A DNA stretch of 64,000 bases from an uncultured Alteromonas sp. (lineage in GTDB: Bacteria; Pseudomonadota; Gammaproteobacteria; Enterobacterales; Alteromonadaceae). The notes under the pieces were generated by a model. That model did not search any database. It was not told the DNA's origin and saw nothing but the letters and a program-made list of their open reading frames with translations. The stretch is taken from the NCBI GenBank assembly GCA_964429915.1, contig CAYSDZ010000008.1, positions 32,210-96,209 of the forward strand, read 5' to 3'. Numbering within the stretch: position 1 is the first letter of the stretch; every line of letters starts with the position of its first letter. Of this stretch, positions 1-8,986 are shown piece by piece. The position numbers were made by a program, and so were the translations under genes.

Positions 1-2
1 AA

Positions 3-929
3 GTGCCTCTTGCACACGAAGAGGAGGAGGAAGAAGAAGGCGAAGAAGAGGAAGAGTTAACGCTTGTTGAGTTTGACGATGTAAGCTATACCAGTGTGTC
101 ACTATCCGCTGGGTACAACTGGGCCTATAGTGATGGATATTCTTTAGCCTTAAATTTATCTCGTTCAGAACGCGCTCCTAGTGCGCAGGAATTATTTTCT
201 GCCGGTGAACACGTCAGTACACGCACATTCGATTTGGGCGCGCTATTTACTACCAATGAAGAAGGTGGTATCGAGTTTGTGGGTGAAGAAGTCTCAGAAG
301 AAGTATCGAACAACATCGACTTAACATGGCGTAAATTTTCGGGGAATTGGGGCTTTACTGTCACCGCTTTCTATAATCAGATAGACGATTACTTATATCA
401 GGCTGATACAGGCTTTGTATTTGAGGAAGGTCATCACGAAGAAGAAGGCGTCGAGGAAGACGGCGACGAAGAGGAAGAAGGATTGCCTATTCTTAACTTT
501 GTACAAGAAGATGCTGATTTGTATGGGTTTGAAGCCGAAGTCCATTATCAAATTGATGATGTATGGTCGGTAAGTGGTTTCGGTGACTTTACTCGTGCAG
601 AAGTGGACAGTGGAAACTTACCGCGTATTCCTCCGTTGCGTTTGGGCGGTGAAGTTGCGTTTGCTTACAACGGTTGGCAAGGCGATGTTGGCGTGATTTG
701 GTATGATGATCAGGATCGCGTTGCTGATTTTGAATCGCAAACCGATGGTTATACTTTAATCGAAGCTGGCGTGGACTACACATGGGCCACTCAAGACGTT
801 CGATGGATATTCTACGCAAGAGGAACAAACTTGACCGATGAAGAAGCGCGAGTGCACTCATCGTTCTTGGTTGATGACGCACCACTTCCCGGTAGAGGGT
901 TTACTCTAGGAGTGAGAGCGCAGTTTTAA
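3..929 (+). CDS. TonB-dependent receptor, C-terminal part (5' truncated by window edge); ZnuD-like metal receptor with Glu/His-rich loops
   Basis: Amphipathic beta-strands, NLPRIPPLRLG motif, C-terminal LPGRGFTLGVRAQF ending in Phe; loops HEEEEEEEGEEEEE and EEGHHEEEGVEEDGDEEEE. Confidence 0.85.
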   Translation: MPLAHEEEEEEEGEEEEELTLVEFDDVSYTSVSLSAGYNWAYSDGYSLALNLSRSERAPSAQELFSAGEHVSTRTFDLGALFTTNEEGGIEFVGEEVSEEVSNNIDLTWRKFSGNWGFTVTAFYNQIDDYLYQADTGFVFEEGHHEEEGVEEDGDEEEEGLPILNFVQEDADLYGFEAEVHYQIDDVWSVSGFGDFTRAEVDSGNLPRIPPLRLGGEVAFAYNGWQGDVGVIWYDDQDRVADFESQTDGYTLIEAGVDYTWATQDVRWIFYARGTNLTDEEARVHSSFLVDDAPLPGRGFTLGVRAQF

Positions 930-947
930 GCGTTCAGAAAGCATCGC

Positions 948-976
948 AAACGCCTCATAATTGAGGCGTTTTTTTT
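948..976 (+). terminator. Rho-independent terminator after the TonB-dependent receptor
   Basis: AAACGCCTCA-taat-TGAGGCGTTT stem-loop followed by a T run. Confidence 0.85.
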
Positions 977-1019
977 AGACAGTATTTAAGATAAGCGTAT
1001 TTTAGATGAGTAAGCATTC

Positions 1020-3497
1020 ATGCCAATTCAAAGGCTAATTATTTTATTGATTTTGTTTTTTATATCAGGGATGGCAGGCTTACTCTATCAAGTAATGTGG
1101 ATGAAAGAGCTAAGTTTATTATTTGGCGGATCAACGCAAAGTGCAGCAGTGACCATTAGTGCGTTCTTTCTTGGTTTAGGGTTAGGAGCTAATAAAATAG
1201 GTGCTTGGGTGAACCAATATAAACGCAGACGTTCCTTAGCATTTCACCATTATTTAAAAATTTATGCGCTTATCGAGATTGCAATTGCACTGTCCGCACT
1301 TTTGTATTTTGCTATCTATCCCCTTTTTACTGCCGTCTACGGGCAGTTTTACGACACTATTTCGCCGACTTGGTTAGTCGCACTTAAGTTGTTTCTCGCC
1401 GTTCCGCTATTATCGGTGCCTGCGTTCTTTATGGGTGGAACCTTACCTGTTATGGCTGAATTGGTGGTAGACGTAAAGCAACATTTTGCGTCTCGTGTAT
1501 CAAATATTTACTTCATTAATACGTTAGGGGCCTGTGCCGGTGCCATAGCAGGTGGGTTTGTATTGCCTGAAAACCTTGGATTTAGAATAACCTATTTTAT
1601 TGCCATCGGCTTATCATTAAGCTTGGCTATAGCATCTGCGGTGTATTCGATATTTTGTCGTAAACCAAAAAATCAATCACAAAGTCAGTCTGTGAAAACA
1701 ACGTCTAAACAAGTGCCATTGCCTATTTCTATTAGTTTAATGGCCGCTTGGTCAGGGTTTGCAAGTTTAGCGCTTCAGGTTTTATGGACACGACTTTTCG
1801 CTCAAGTCTTACAAAATTCTACCTATACTTTTTCTGCGATTTTAGTGGTATTCCTTTTGTCATTAGCTCTGGGTGCATTACTTGCGCAGCGACTCACTCG
1901 CGTAGCTCATACGCATATCGTGTTGCCGATAGTATTTTTAATAAGCGGTTTTTTCATTGCATTAACTCCATGGCTTTACATGCAAATGACCAATGACATG
2001 ACCTATATTGGCGGCAGCGGCAATTTTGCTGATTATCTAGTGAGTGTGCTTGGCGTGGTGAGTGTCGTTATAGGGCCTGCTGTTGTGAGTATGGGAGTAA
2101 CGTTACCGTTTTTGTATAAGCTCGTAGAGCAACACGCAGCTGAGCGCTATGCCGCGATGGTGGGAAAAATAAATGCGATCAACACGTTTTCAGCCATTGC
2201 AGGTAGTGCAGCCGCGGGTTTTTTATTATTCCAGTGGCTTGGCACATGGCAAGCTATTTATTCAATGGCGCTATGTTACGTATTGTTTGGGGTTGTGATA
2301 CTGGCCAATCAACAAAAGAGAGTGTCTAGTTTGGGCTGGACTACGATTGTTGGGCTGTGTTTGGCGGTTATTTTTCTAAACCCAAATACATTACCTGTTG
2401 TGCCTATCGATCCAATAGGCAAGCAAGAACGCCTGTTAGAATATTGGGAGACCAGTGCAGGTACAGTGGCGGTAGTAGAAAAAGACGGTAATTTAAAAAC
2501 GAAGTTGAATAATTGGTATGCTTTGGGAGGAAGCAAAGCAGGGCAAATGGAAGCCATGCAAAGCCATCTTCCCATTGCGCTTCATGGTAAGCCTGAATCG
2601 GTGTTTTACTTGGGTTTAGGAACAGGTATTACTGCAGGCACCTCACTCGCTTATCCAGTGAAAACGGTAGTGGTTGCTGAGTTGGTGAATAAAGTGATTA
2701 TAGCATCAAAACGGTATTTCTCAGACTTCACTAATGCGCTGTTTGATGACGAAAGGGTGAGGGTCGTGAACGAAGATGGCCGTCACTTTTTACGCGCAAC
2801 GCAACAACAATTTGATTTAATGATTGCCGATTTATTTATTCCTTGGCGAGCAGGCGTAGGCAATTTATACGCGCTAGAGCATTATCAAACCGCGCTTTCA
2901 AAGCTAAACCACGAGGGTTTGTACGTGCAGTGGATACCCATGTATCAAGTCAGCGAGAATGAATTTGCTGTCATTGCGAAAACCATGCAGCAAGTTTTCC
3001 CCTTGGTGACAGTGTGGCGAGGAGATTTTTTTGCCAATAAACCCGTTATGGCCTTAATCGGTCATCAATCCAGTCAGCCTCTCGCCACTCATTCCGCGTT
3101 TAGGCAGCTTGGCATAAAAGCATTACGCGATTATCCAGAGAAGAAGCAAGTCCCTTTATTGTCGCATTTCGTGGGTCAGCTTAAGCCAGATTTACGCTTG
3201 TTTGAAAACAGCCCTATTAATACCGATAATCTTCCTATTATAGAATATCAGGCACCGCGTTCGCACAGAGCCGAAAAGAACGGTTCGGTAGAATGGTTGT
3301 CAGGCCCCTATTTGCTCGAATTAATGCATCAAATGAGAGAAACTCAATCGGGTTTTTTGGAAGGTGTTTCTGAGGTGGAGAGAAATGCAATCCATGCAGG
3401 TTATTTTTTGCATGCGGCACAAATTGCAAAAGAGATAAAAGACGATCGCGCACATCGCAGCGCCATGCGACAATTTAATCAGTTGCTTCCAAAATAG
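1020..3497 (+). CDS. Fused multi-TM membrane domain / spermidine-synthase-like SAM-binding protein
   Basis: About 450 aa of hydrophobic helices (YQVMWMKELSLLFGG, GGTLP, LQVLWTRLF), then a Rossmann SAM-binding domain (LGLGTG, VAEL, NEDGRHFL, DLMIADLF, GLYVQWIP). Confidence 0.8.
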   Translation: MPIQRLIILLILFFISGMAGLLYQVMWMKELSLLFGGSTQSAAVTISAFFLGLGLGANKIGAWVNQYKRRRSLAFHHYLKIYALIEIAIALSALLYFAIYPLFTAVYGQFYDTISPTWLVALKLFLAVPLLSVPAFFMGGTLPVMAELVVDVKQHFASRVSNIYFINTLGACAGAIAGGFVLPENLGFRITYFIAIGLSLSLAIASAVYSIFCRKPKNQSQSQSVKTTSKQVPLPISISLMAAWSGFASLALQVLWTRLFAQVLQNSTYTFSAILVVFLLSLALGALLAQRLTRVAHTHIVLPIVFLISGFFIALTPWLYMQMTNDMTYIGGSGNFADYLVSVLGVVSVVIGPAVVSMGVTLPFLYKLVEQHAAERYAAMVGKINAINTFSAIAGSAAAGFLLFQWLGTWQAIYSMALCYVLFGVVILANQQKRVSSLGWTTIVGLCLAVIFLNPNTLPVVPIDPIGKQERLLEYWETSAGTVAVVEKDGNLKTKLNNWYALGGSKAGQMEAMQSHLPIALHGKPESVFYLGLGTGITAGTSLAYPVKTVVVAELVNKVIIASKRYFSDFTNALFDDERVRVVNEDGRHFLRATQQQFDLMIADLFIPWRAGVGNLYALEHYQTALSKLNHEGLYVQWIPMYQVSENEFAVIAKTMQQVFPLVTVWRGDFFANKPVMALIGHQSSQPLATHSAFRQLGIKALRDYPEKKQVPLLSHFVGQLKPDLRLFENSPINTDNLPIIEYQAPRSHRAEKNGSVEWLSGPYLLELMHQMRETQSGFLEGVSEVERNAIHAGYFLHAAQIAKEIKDDRAHRSAMRQFNQLLPK

Positions 3498-3645
3498 TTG
3501 TAACGGGAGGCAATCACTCATTTTAGTTTCGATGTATTCGATGTAAATGACACCTATCCTATCGGTTTATGAACGACTATTATTTTTAAGTCGGTCTCTA
3601 TATCATTGCGTGTCTTCTTTGTACTGAATAGCAATTGAAAAAAAC

Positions 3646-4374
3646 ATGTTGAGTGTTGTACTCCCTACATTAAATGAATCTAAAACAGATTATTTGCCTC
3701 GCATTCTTGGGCAATTCAGTCAACGTTCTGATTGTGAGCTTATCTGTGTCGACGGAGGGAGTACTGATAACACCGTATCGCTTATTGAACAGTCAAATGC
3801 ACGGTTGTATCTCACTCACATTCGTTCCAGAGCAGGGCGTTTAAATATAGGTATCGAAGCCGCTCGGTATCACTTTGTATTATTGCACCATCCGCGAAGC
3901 TGTATTGAAGAACAGGGAATCGACCAAATTATCGATGGCATTGAAACTATAAAGTGGGGCGCGTTTACGCATCAGTTTGACCATTCCCATCCTTTGTTGG
4001 CATTTACGTCTTGGTATTCAAATTTCATCAGAGGTGATTTGCGGCATATTTACTATTTGGACCACTGTTTATTTGCACAAAAGGAATTGCTGAATCAAAT
4101 AGGCTCAGTGCCTGACATAGATATTTTTGAAGACACCCAATTGTGCCTCCGGCTAAGAAAAAAAGCGAAGCCGCAGCGTCTCAGCGCGATAAGCAAAACA
4201 TCCGCGGTTCGCTTTTTGAAAAACAGCATAGTGAAGCAGGCCTTCCTCAACCAAAAATTAAAGTGGCACTATTATTTAAAACGTTCGCACAAAAGTATGA
4301 ACGAAGAATATGAAAAAGGGCTTGAGTTGAATAGTCGCTATTCCGACTCAAGTAAATCGAAGGATACACCCTAA
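3646..4374 (+). CDS. Glycosyltransferase family 2, TIGR04283-like, with atypical catalytic motifs
   Basis: LSVVLPTLNE, ICVDGGSTD, RAGRLNIG, FEDTQLCLRL, TSAVRF. Confidence 0.75.
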   Translation: MLSVVLPTLNESKTDYLPRILGQFSQRSDCELICVDGGSTDNTVSLIEQSNARLYLTHIRSRAGRLNIGIEAARYHFVLLHHPRSCIEEQGIDQIIDGIETIKWGAFTHQFDHSHPLLAFTSWYSNFIRGDLRHIYYLDHCLFAQKELLNQIGSVPDIDIFEDTQLCLRLRKKAKPQRLSAISKTSAVRFLKNSIVKQAFLNQKLKWHYYLKRSHKSMNEEYEKGLELNSRYSDSSKSKDTP

Positions 4375-4387
4375 GAGTAAGCATTTG

Positions 4388-5386
4388 ATGTACATTAACG
4401 AATTTAACAAAGACAATTTTCAGCAGCTAATAGACAGTTATAACACCGCACTTTCGACGTCCTTTACCTCCCCGATAAAGGCGGTTCAAAAAGCAGGCGA
4501 GGGGAATATGAATTTCACTTACAGGGTGTTTTTTGAATCAGGTAAATCTGTCATTATCAAACAAGCCCCGCCTTTTTGTGCAAAATTCCCCGATATTGCA
4601 GCACCTCAGCAACGCATCGGTACGGAATCTTATTTTTATCAATTAGTGTTGGCTCAATCAAGCTTGGACCAATTTTTTCCCAATGTCATACATTACGATG
4701 ATACGCGACATATATTGTTGATGGAGGACTTGGGGAATGCCAATGACTTTACCGCGTTGTATCAAGGGAAGCCCTTACACGATAAGGAAGCGACTCAGCT
4801 AGTTGCGGCGCTAACAGCCATTCATTCGATAGAACTTGATACCCCAATTGAAAATAGTGGTATGAAAACGCTGAATCACGCACACATTTTTGATATCCCG
4901 TTGACTCGAAATAACGGCCTTAATTTAAATGACATCACTTCTGGCTTGGAAAACGAAGCAAAAAAACTGATTTGCGATGCAAAGTATAAAGGTTTGGTGT
5001 ATGAGTTAGGGCAAGTGTATTTATCGTCCGGAAAGCGTTTACTGCATGGCGATTTTTACCCAGGAAGTTGGCTAGCCTGTAAAAATAATGTGGCGATCAT
5101 CGACCCTGAGTTTTGTTTTTCAGGTGCGGTAGAGTTTGATCTAGGTGTTATGCTCGCGCACCTTGTATTAAGCGAGCAAAGCGAGCAGTTGATTAACTCA
5201 GTGGTAAAGGCTTATTCGCCTAAGCAGCGTTTCGATTTGGATATGGCCTTGATGTTCTGTGGAGCGGAAATAATGCGTCGTTTAATTGGCTATGCCCAAT
5301 TGCCACTAGCAAATTCGATTCAAAATAAGAAGCAGTGGCTAGAGATGAGTATGGCGCTAGTGCGTGACCCTAAAATGATTTGGTAA
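4388..5386 (+). CDS. 5-methylthioribose kinase-like phosphotransferase (APH/ChoK fold)
   Basis: GEGNMNFTYRV, IIKQAPPF, LLHGDFYPGS, IIDPEF and GAEIMRRLIG match MtnK-type motifs; ATG at 4388 (TTG at 4385 also possible). Confidence 0.75.
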   Translation: MYINEFNKDNFQQLIDSYNTALSTSFTSPIKAVQKAGEGNMNFTYRVFFESGKSVIIKQAPPFCAKFPDIAAPQQRIGTESYFYQLVLAQSSLDQFFPNVIHYDDTRHILLMEDLGNANDFTALYQGKPLHDKEATQLVAALTAIHSIELDTPIENSGMKTLNHAHIFDIPLTRNNGLNLNDITSGLENEAKKLICDAKYKGLVYELGQVYLSSGKRLLHGDFYPGSWLACKNNVAIIDPEFCFSGAVEFDLGVMLAHLVLSEQSEQLINSVVKAYSPKQRFDLDMALMFCGAEIMRRLIGYAQLPLANSIQNKKQWLEMSMALVRDPKMIW

Positions 5387-5696
5387 CAGACAAACGAATA
5401 ATGGCGTTACCTTCGTGCAATAACGGGTTATTAATGGTGCTAAAATTACTGCGCGTTAATCCATCGTATGACGGGCGCATTACCGCTACGTCTAAATGGA
5501 GTTTTTCTTTTACAGACGTCATTAATTCACGTGACAAGCCTTGCTTTAGCTTGGTGTACGCCGAACTGTTTATTTTAGTGTCAGCTAACGAGTCGAGTTC
5601 AGATGAAAGTAAATTCGCAGGATTCGAAAAAAGCGTTTCTTTTGCTTCACAAAGTTGAATCGATAAACATATTACAAAAGCACATAACCACTTCAT
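5370..5696 (-). CDS. Small exported hypothetical protein
   Basis: Signal-peptide-like N-terminus, C-terminal IIRLSVTKSF; converges on the kinase gene with a 17-bp overlap. Confidence 0.55.
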   Translation of the reverse strand: MKWLCAFVICLSIQLCEAKETLFSNPANLLSSELDSLADTKINSSAYTKLKQGLSRELMTSVKEKLHLDVAVMRPSYDGLTRSNFSTINNPLLHEGNAIIRLSVTKSF

Positions 5697-5801
5697 ACCA
5701 AAGCCTCATATCATTAACGCTATCCCGTTGATGAATTGAGTATGACTGCAAAATGGCTGTTTAATATGTTTAAAAAATATACATGGTATAGTTTTAAATA
5801 C

Positions 5802-6458
5802 TTATATGGAAAGTAGAAAGCGCTCTTTCCGCGGTAGGAAATAATTATCGTAGTCAAACGATACCACTACCTTGTCAGACTTACCGATAATCTCGTCTCT
5901 TGGCACAAAGCCGATGACTCTTGAATCTGCGCTGTTGTCGCGGTTATCCCCCATAGCCAAAACGTGACCTTCTGGAACAACAACTGCGGGAAAACTAGAT
6001 AAGGCAGATCCTAATTTATGAATCTGAATATGATGTTCACTATTACTAAAGATTTCAGTTTGTATTACGTATTGTCCATTTTGAACAGGTTCACGGTACT
6101 GAATAGCTTGGTGATTGATAAATAGCTGATTGTTTACCAATTCAATTTGGTCCCCTGCGGTGCCGATGACTCGCTTGACTAAGCGCTTTCCAGATGTTTT
6201 AGAATCAAAAATAATGATGTCACCCGCGACAGGATCAGCGAGTTTTGCCAATGAAATATGCGTAAACGGTACTCTGATATCATAGGCGAGTTTATTCACT
6301 AAAATTCTGTCGCCTTCGACAATGGTTGGATTCATCGACCCTGTTGGTACGTCATTCCAATCTGCGACGGCACTGCGAAAAATTACCATAAGAAAAATAA
6401 ACAAAATAAAGTGTTTATTGTTTTTTAACAGCGAGACCAGCTTGGCTTTTACATTCAT
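5802..6458 (-). CDS. lepB: Signal peptidase I (short, single-TM paralog)
   Basis: VPTGSMNPT (catalytic Ser), LVKRVIG (catalytic Lys), GDNRDNSADSR. Confidence 0.92.
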   Translation of the reverse strand: MNVKAKLVSLLKNNKHFILFIFLMVIFRSAVADWNDVPTGSMNPTIVEGDRILVNKLAYDIRVPFTHISLAKLADPVAGDIIIFDSKTSGKRLVKRVIGTAGDQIELVNNQLFINHQAIQYREPVQNGQYVIQTEIFSNSEHHIQIHKLGSALSSFPAVVVPEGHVLAMGDNRDNSADSRVIGFVPRDEIIGKSDKVVVSFDYDNYFLPRKERFLLSI

Positions 6459-6671
6459 ACTGATATTTACCTTGTGAACTGATGAGTCCTGAAATTACGA
6501 GTCTTTAATTTAGTGACCTAGCTTGATAAGTTCAAGCGTCAGAGCGGCCCAAAAGAGAAAATAATGTTACAAAACATGACTCAAGGGGTTTTAAGAGACG
6601 TGGTAAGTCTGATCAGAAAGTGCAGTAAGCGCCACAGCATAAAGTCATAGCGCTTTAAAAATCGTTAGTGA

Positions 6672-7721
6672 TTAGTTATCTAGGGTTTCAAAAATATGGC
6701 GCGACAAACTTTTCTCATTCCCATTTCTTAACGTTCTCACTCGGGCACCAAAACTCCACCAACGTTTTCTTGTTTGATCATCAAAATCAATAACCAAGCC
6801 ATTAGCACTGACATTATTAATGACAGTAGCAAACTCACTTCCGTCCCGGTTATCGGCGATCGCCTCAAAATGGTCGGTGTTTTCGCCCATCAAGATGGGA
6901 TAGTGGTTAAAATACAGCGATGCCGGAGCACGGGTTCTCGCTAGCTTTCCGTTGGGGCGAATTGAATTCACGCACGAAAGAAAGTCACCTTGGCTGCGCG
7001 CGCCGCAACTGCTGTGCAAAGGAACAATACTGTCACCCGCGCCTTCTAGAAACGGTCGAGTCACACCCAGAAAAGTAGAGCCTGTACCAACGAAGCGAAG
7101 TCTTGGAAAAGGTTGATTGTTTATTGCAATGTTACGCGCTGTGGCAGGGCGCAAATCATTCACTACTCCGAGGTTTTGTGAACGAGGGTTGAAGCCAACA
7201 AATAGCTCTACTACATTGCGAATAACGCTATTAAAAAATCCTGAGCTTTGTGAAACATCGACCGCCAAATCAGCCAATTCAGTGCCACCTCCAGCGCCTG
7301 CAATATCGAGTACCGCGAGCACTTTTACTCTGTCTCGGTCAATTCCCCATTGACCAAGCCGAGACAATGCATCTCGCAAGACCAAATCACCCGATGAATG
7401 GGTCAACCAAACGCAACCATCAATACATAATCCACTGTTTTCAAGTGCTTGAAAATGCCGCCTAAATTGGTCTTTAATGCCTCCGGAGACGCGCTCAGAC
7501 GACGGCCAAAAGTGATGAACTTCTGCTCTTGATGTCCAAAATTCGTTGAAATATTCTTCAGAGCGCTGCTGTAAAAACCCTTCGTCTGTAGAGGGGTTTT
7601 GAATAACATCAAATTGAAATCCATGCACCAAAATTAAGGGTTTACCAGCAAGACTAGCCAAAGACATGACGCTGAAGGTTAAGCAGATAAAACCAATCAG
7701 GGTTACTATCAATCTTTTCAT
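6672..7721 (-). CDS. Secreted alpha/beta-hydrolase (lipase-like)
   Basis: Signal peptide, LILVHGF oxyanion motif, WLTHSSG nucleophile elbow, GDSIVP, paired Cys. Confidence 0.65.
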   Translation of the reverse strand: MKRLIVTLIGFICLTFSVMSLASLAGKPLILVHGFQFDVIQNPSTDEGFLQQRSEEYFNEFWTSRAEVHHFWPSSERVSGGIKDQFRRHFQALENSGLCIDGCVWLTHSSGDLVLRDALSRLGQWGIDRDRVKVLAVLDIAGAGGGTELADLAVDVSQSSGFFNSVIRNVVELFVGFNPRSQNLGVVNDLRPATARNIAINNQPFPRLRFVGTGSTFLGVTRPFLEGAGDSIVPLHSSCGARSQGDFLSCVNSIRPNGKLARTRAPASLYFNHYPILMGENTDHFEAIADNRDGSEFATVINNVSANGLVIDFDDQTRKRWWSFGARVRTLRNGNEKSLSRHIFETLDN

Positions 7722-7745
7722 TGTTCTCTCTCTTTTTTTTGTTTT

Positions 7746-8843
7746 CTATCGGGTTAGTGAGCGTAGAAATTGAATACGTTCGTCAGCAAACTCGTTGTGG
7801 TATGGAATGTCTTCGTATGTATCGAAACTAAACTGCGGGATCTTAAACGAGGGTTGCGAAACTTTACCTGGTAGGTCGAATTGCTCCCCATACTCTGCGC
7901 CACGGTGTAGAGTGATATTTTTTAAAGTGTATGGCCCTTCAGATTGTTTGGCTTTTAATGCTTGAAAATGCGCGTGTAGGGTTAATATATCTGCACCTTC
8001 AGTGAGGCGGCCTTCGGATTGCAGTTTGATTAGCGGTATCTGACTTTTTGTATCTTCAAGTACAGCGGAAATAAAATAATAGCCGGAATCAAACACCTCG
8101 ATTTCAATTGGAATGTCTAAGTTTTCGCGATTGACTGCAACCTCGCCCAAGCCTGTCACTTCTGCTGATGGAACCGTATAAATAAAACCCACCGTGGTAA
8201 AGAGCGGTTCGTTATCAACAACAATAGATAGCGAGATAAGCAACTCTGGATTATCAGGCCGAGTTTGTAGTGAAGTGGTATCGATGCGTGCTGAAAATGC
8301 TGAATAGTCTGCTTGAGCAGGAGTTAGTGCTATTTTACGAATATCTTCACCTTGTAAATAGCCTAATACGGCTTCGGCCTCAATGACAGCGCTTGGTGGA
8401 GCGTTTTTAATCGCGGCTTCAAATAATATCGTATCGCCAGTGAAATACTGATAATCGTCGGTGGCAGCGTGCAAATAGATCACATTACCACTTGTTGTTG
8501 GGAAGGGAATAGACACGGCAGTTTCTTCAAAAGGGAGAGGCTCCCTGACATCAAGTGCATGGGAAATGGGTTGAGAATAAACAGGGTAATTGACGGTTTG
8601 TGCATACGCTGCAGAAATAGATTTAATTTGTTCGTTTAATTCCTTAGGAAGAGCAGGGGATGATGTTGCCGTCAATGTGGTTTGTTCCAGAGGCTGTTGT
8701 GGGCGTGTTTTTTTTGTCACAGTAGTTTTTACAGCGTGGTTTTGATTATTTGGCTGTGTGCTGTCTTCATTCAGCCAAAGAAAAAAAATAGCAAGGATTG
8801 TGCTTAACACAATGAAAGAGATGAGCAGTGTTTTATGTTTCAT
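7746..8843 (-). CDS. Membrane-anchored or exported hypothetical protein upstream of the hydrolase
   Basis: 365-aa ORF with an N-terminal hydrophobic anchor and a Thr/Gln/Pro-rich linker; 24 bp from the hydrolase. Confidence 0.7.
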   Translation of the reverse strand: MKHKTLLISFIVLSTILAIFFLWLNEDSTQPNNQNHAVKTTVTKKTRPQQPLEQTTLTATSSPALPKELNEQIKSISAAYAQTVNYPVYSQPISHALDVREPLPFEETAVSIPFPTTSGNVIYLHAATDDYQYFTGDTILFEAAIKNAPPSAVIEAEAVLGYLQGEDIRKIALTPAQADYSAFSARIDTTSLQTRPDNPELLISLSIVVDNEPLFTTVGFIYTVPSAEVTGLGEVAVNRENLDIPIEIEVFDSGYYFISAVLEDTKSQIPLIKLQSEGRLTEGADILTLHAHFQALKAKQSEGPYTLKNITLHRGAEYGEQFDLPGKVSQPSFKIPQFSFDTYEDIPYHNEFADERIQFLRSLTR

Positions 8844-8986
8844 GCCTATTCCTTCTGAATCGACTAAGCAGGGCGAAAGACATCGGACCTGTTTTAGATG
8901 AGGATAGACTAAAGTTTATGAAATGTTAATTATTAAATATTTTTTTTAACAAAATATTCACCTTTTTGTTGGTGAGGGGCGCAGTG

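Noticed and set aside
3646-4374. Arsenosugar biosynthesis cluster
   Set aside because: No ArsS radical SAM, ArsM or TIGR04282 partner in the window, and the GT motifs are divergent
5380-5658. 92-aa plus-strand ORF
   Set aside because: It is antisense to the 108-aa ORF, which has a signal peptide and the better coding signal
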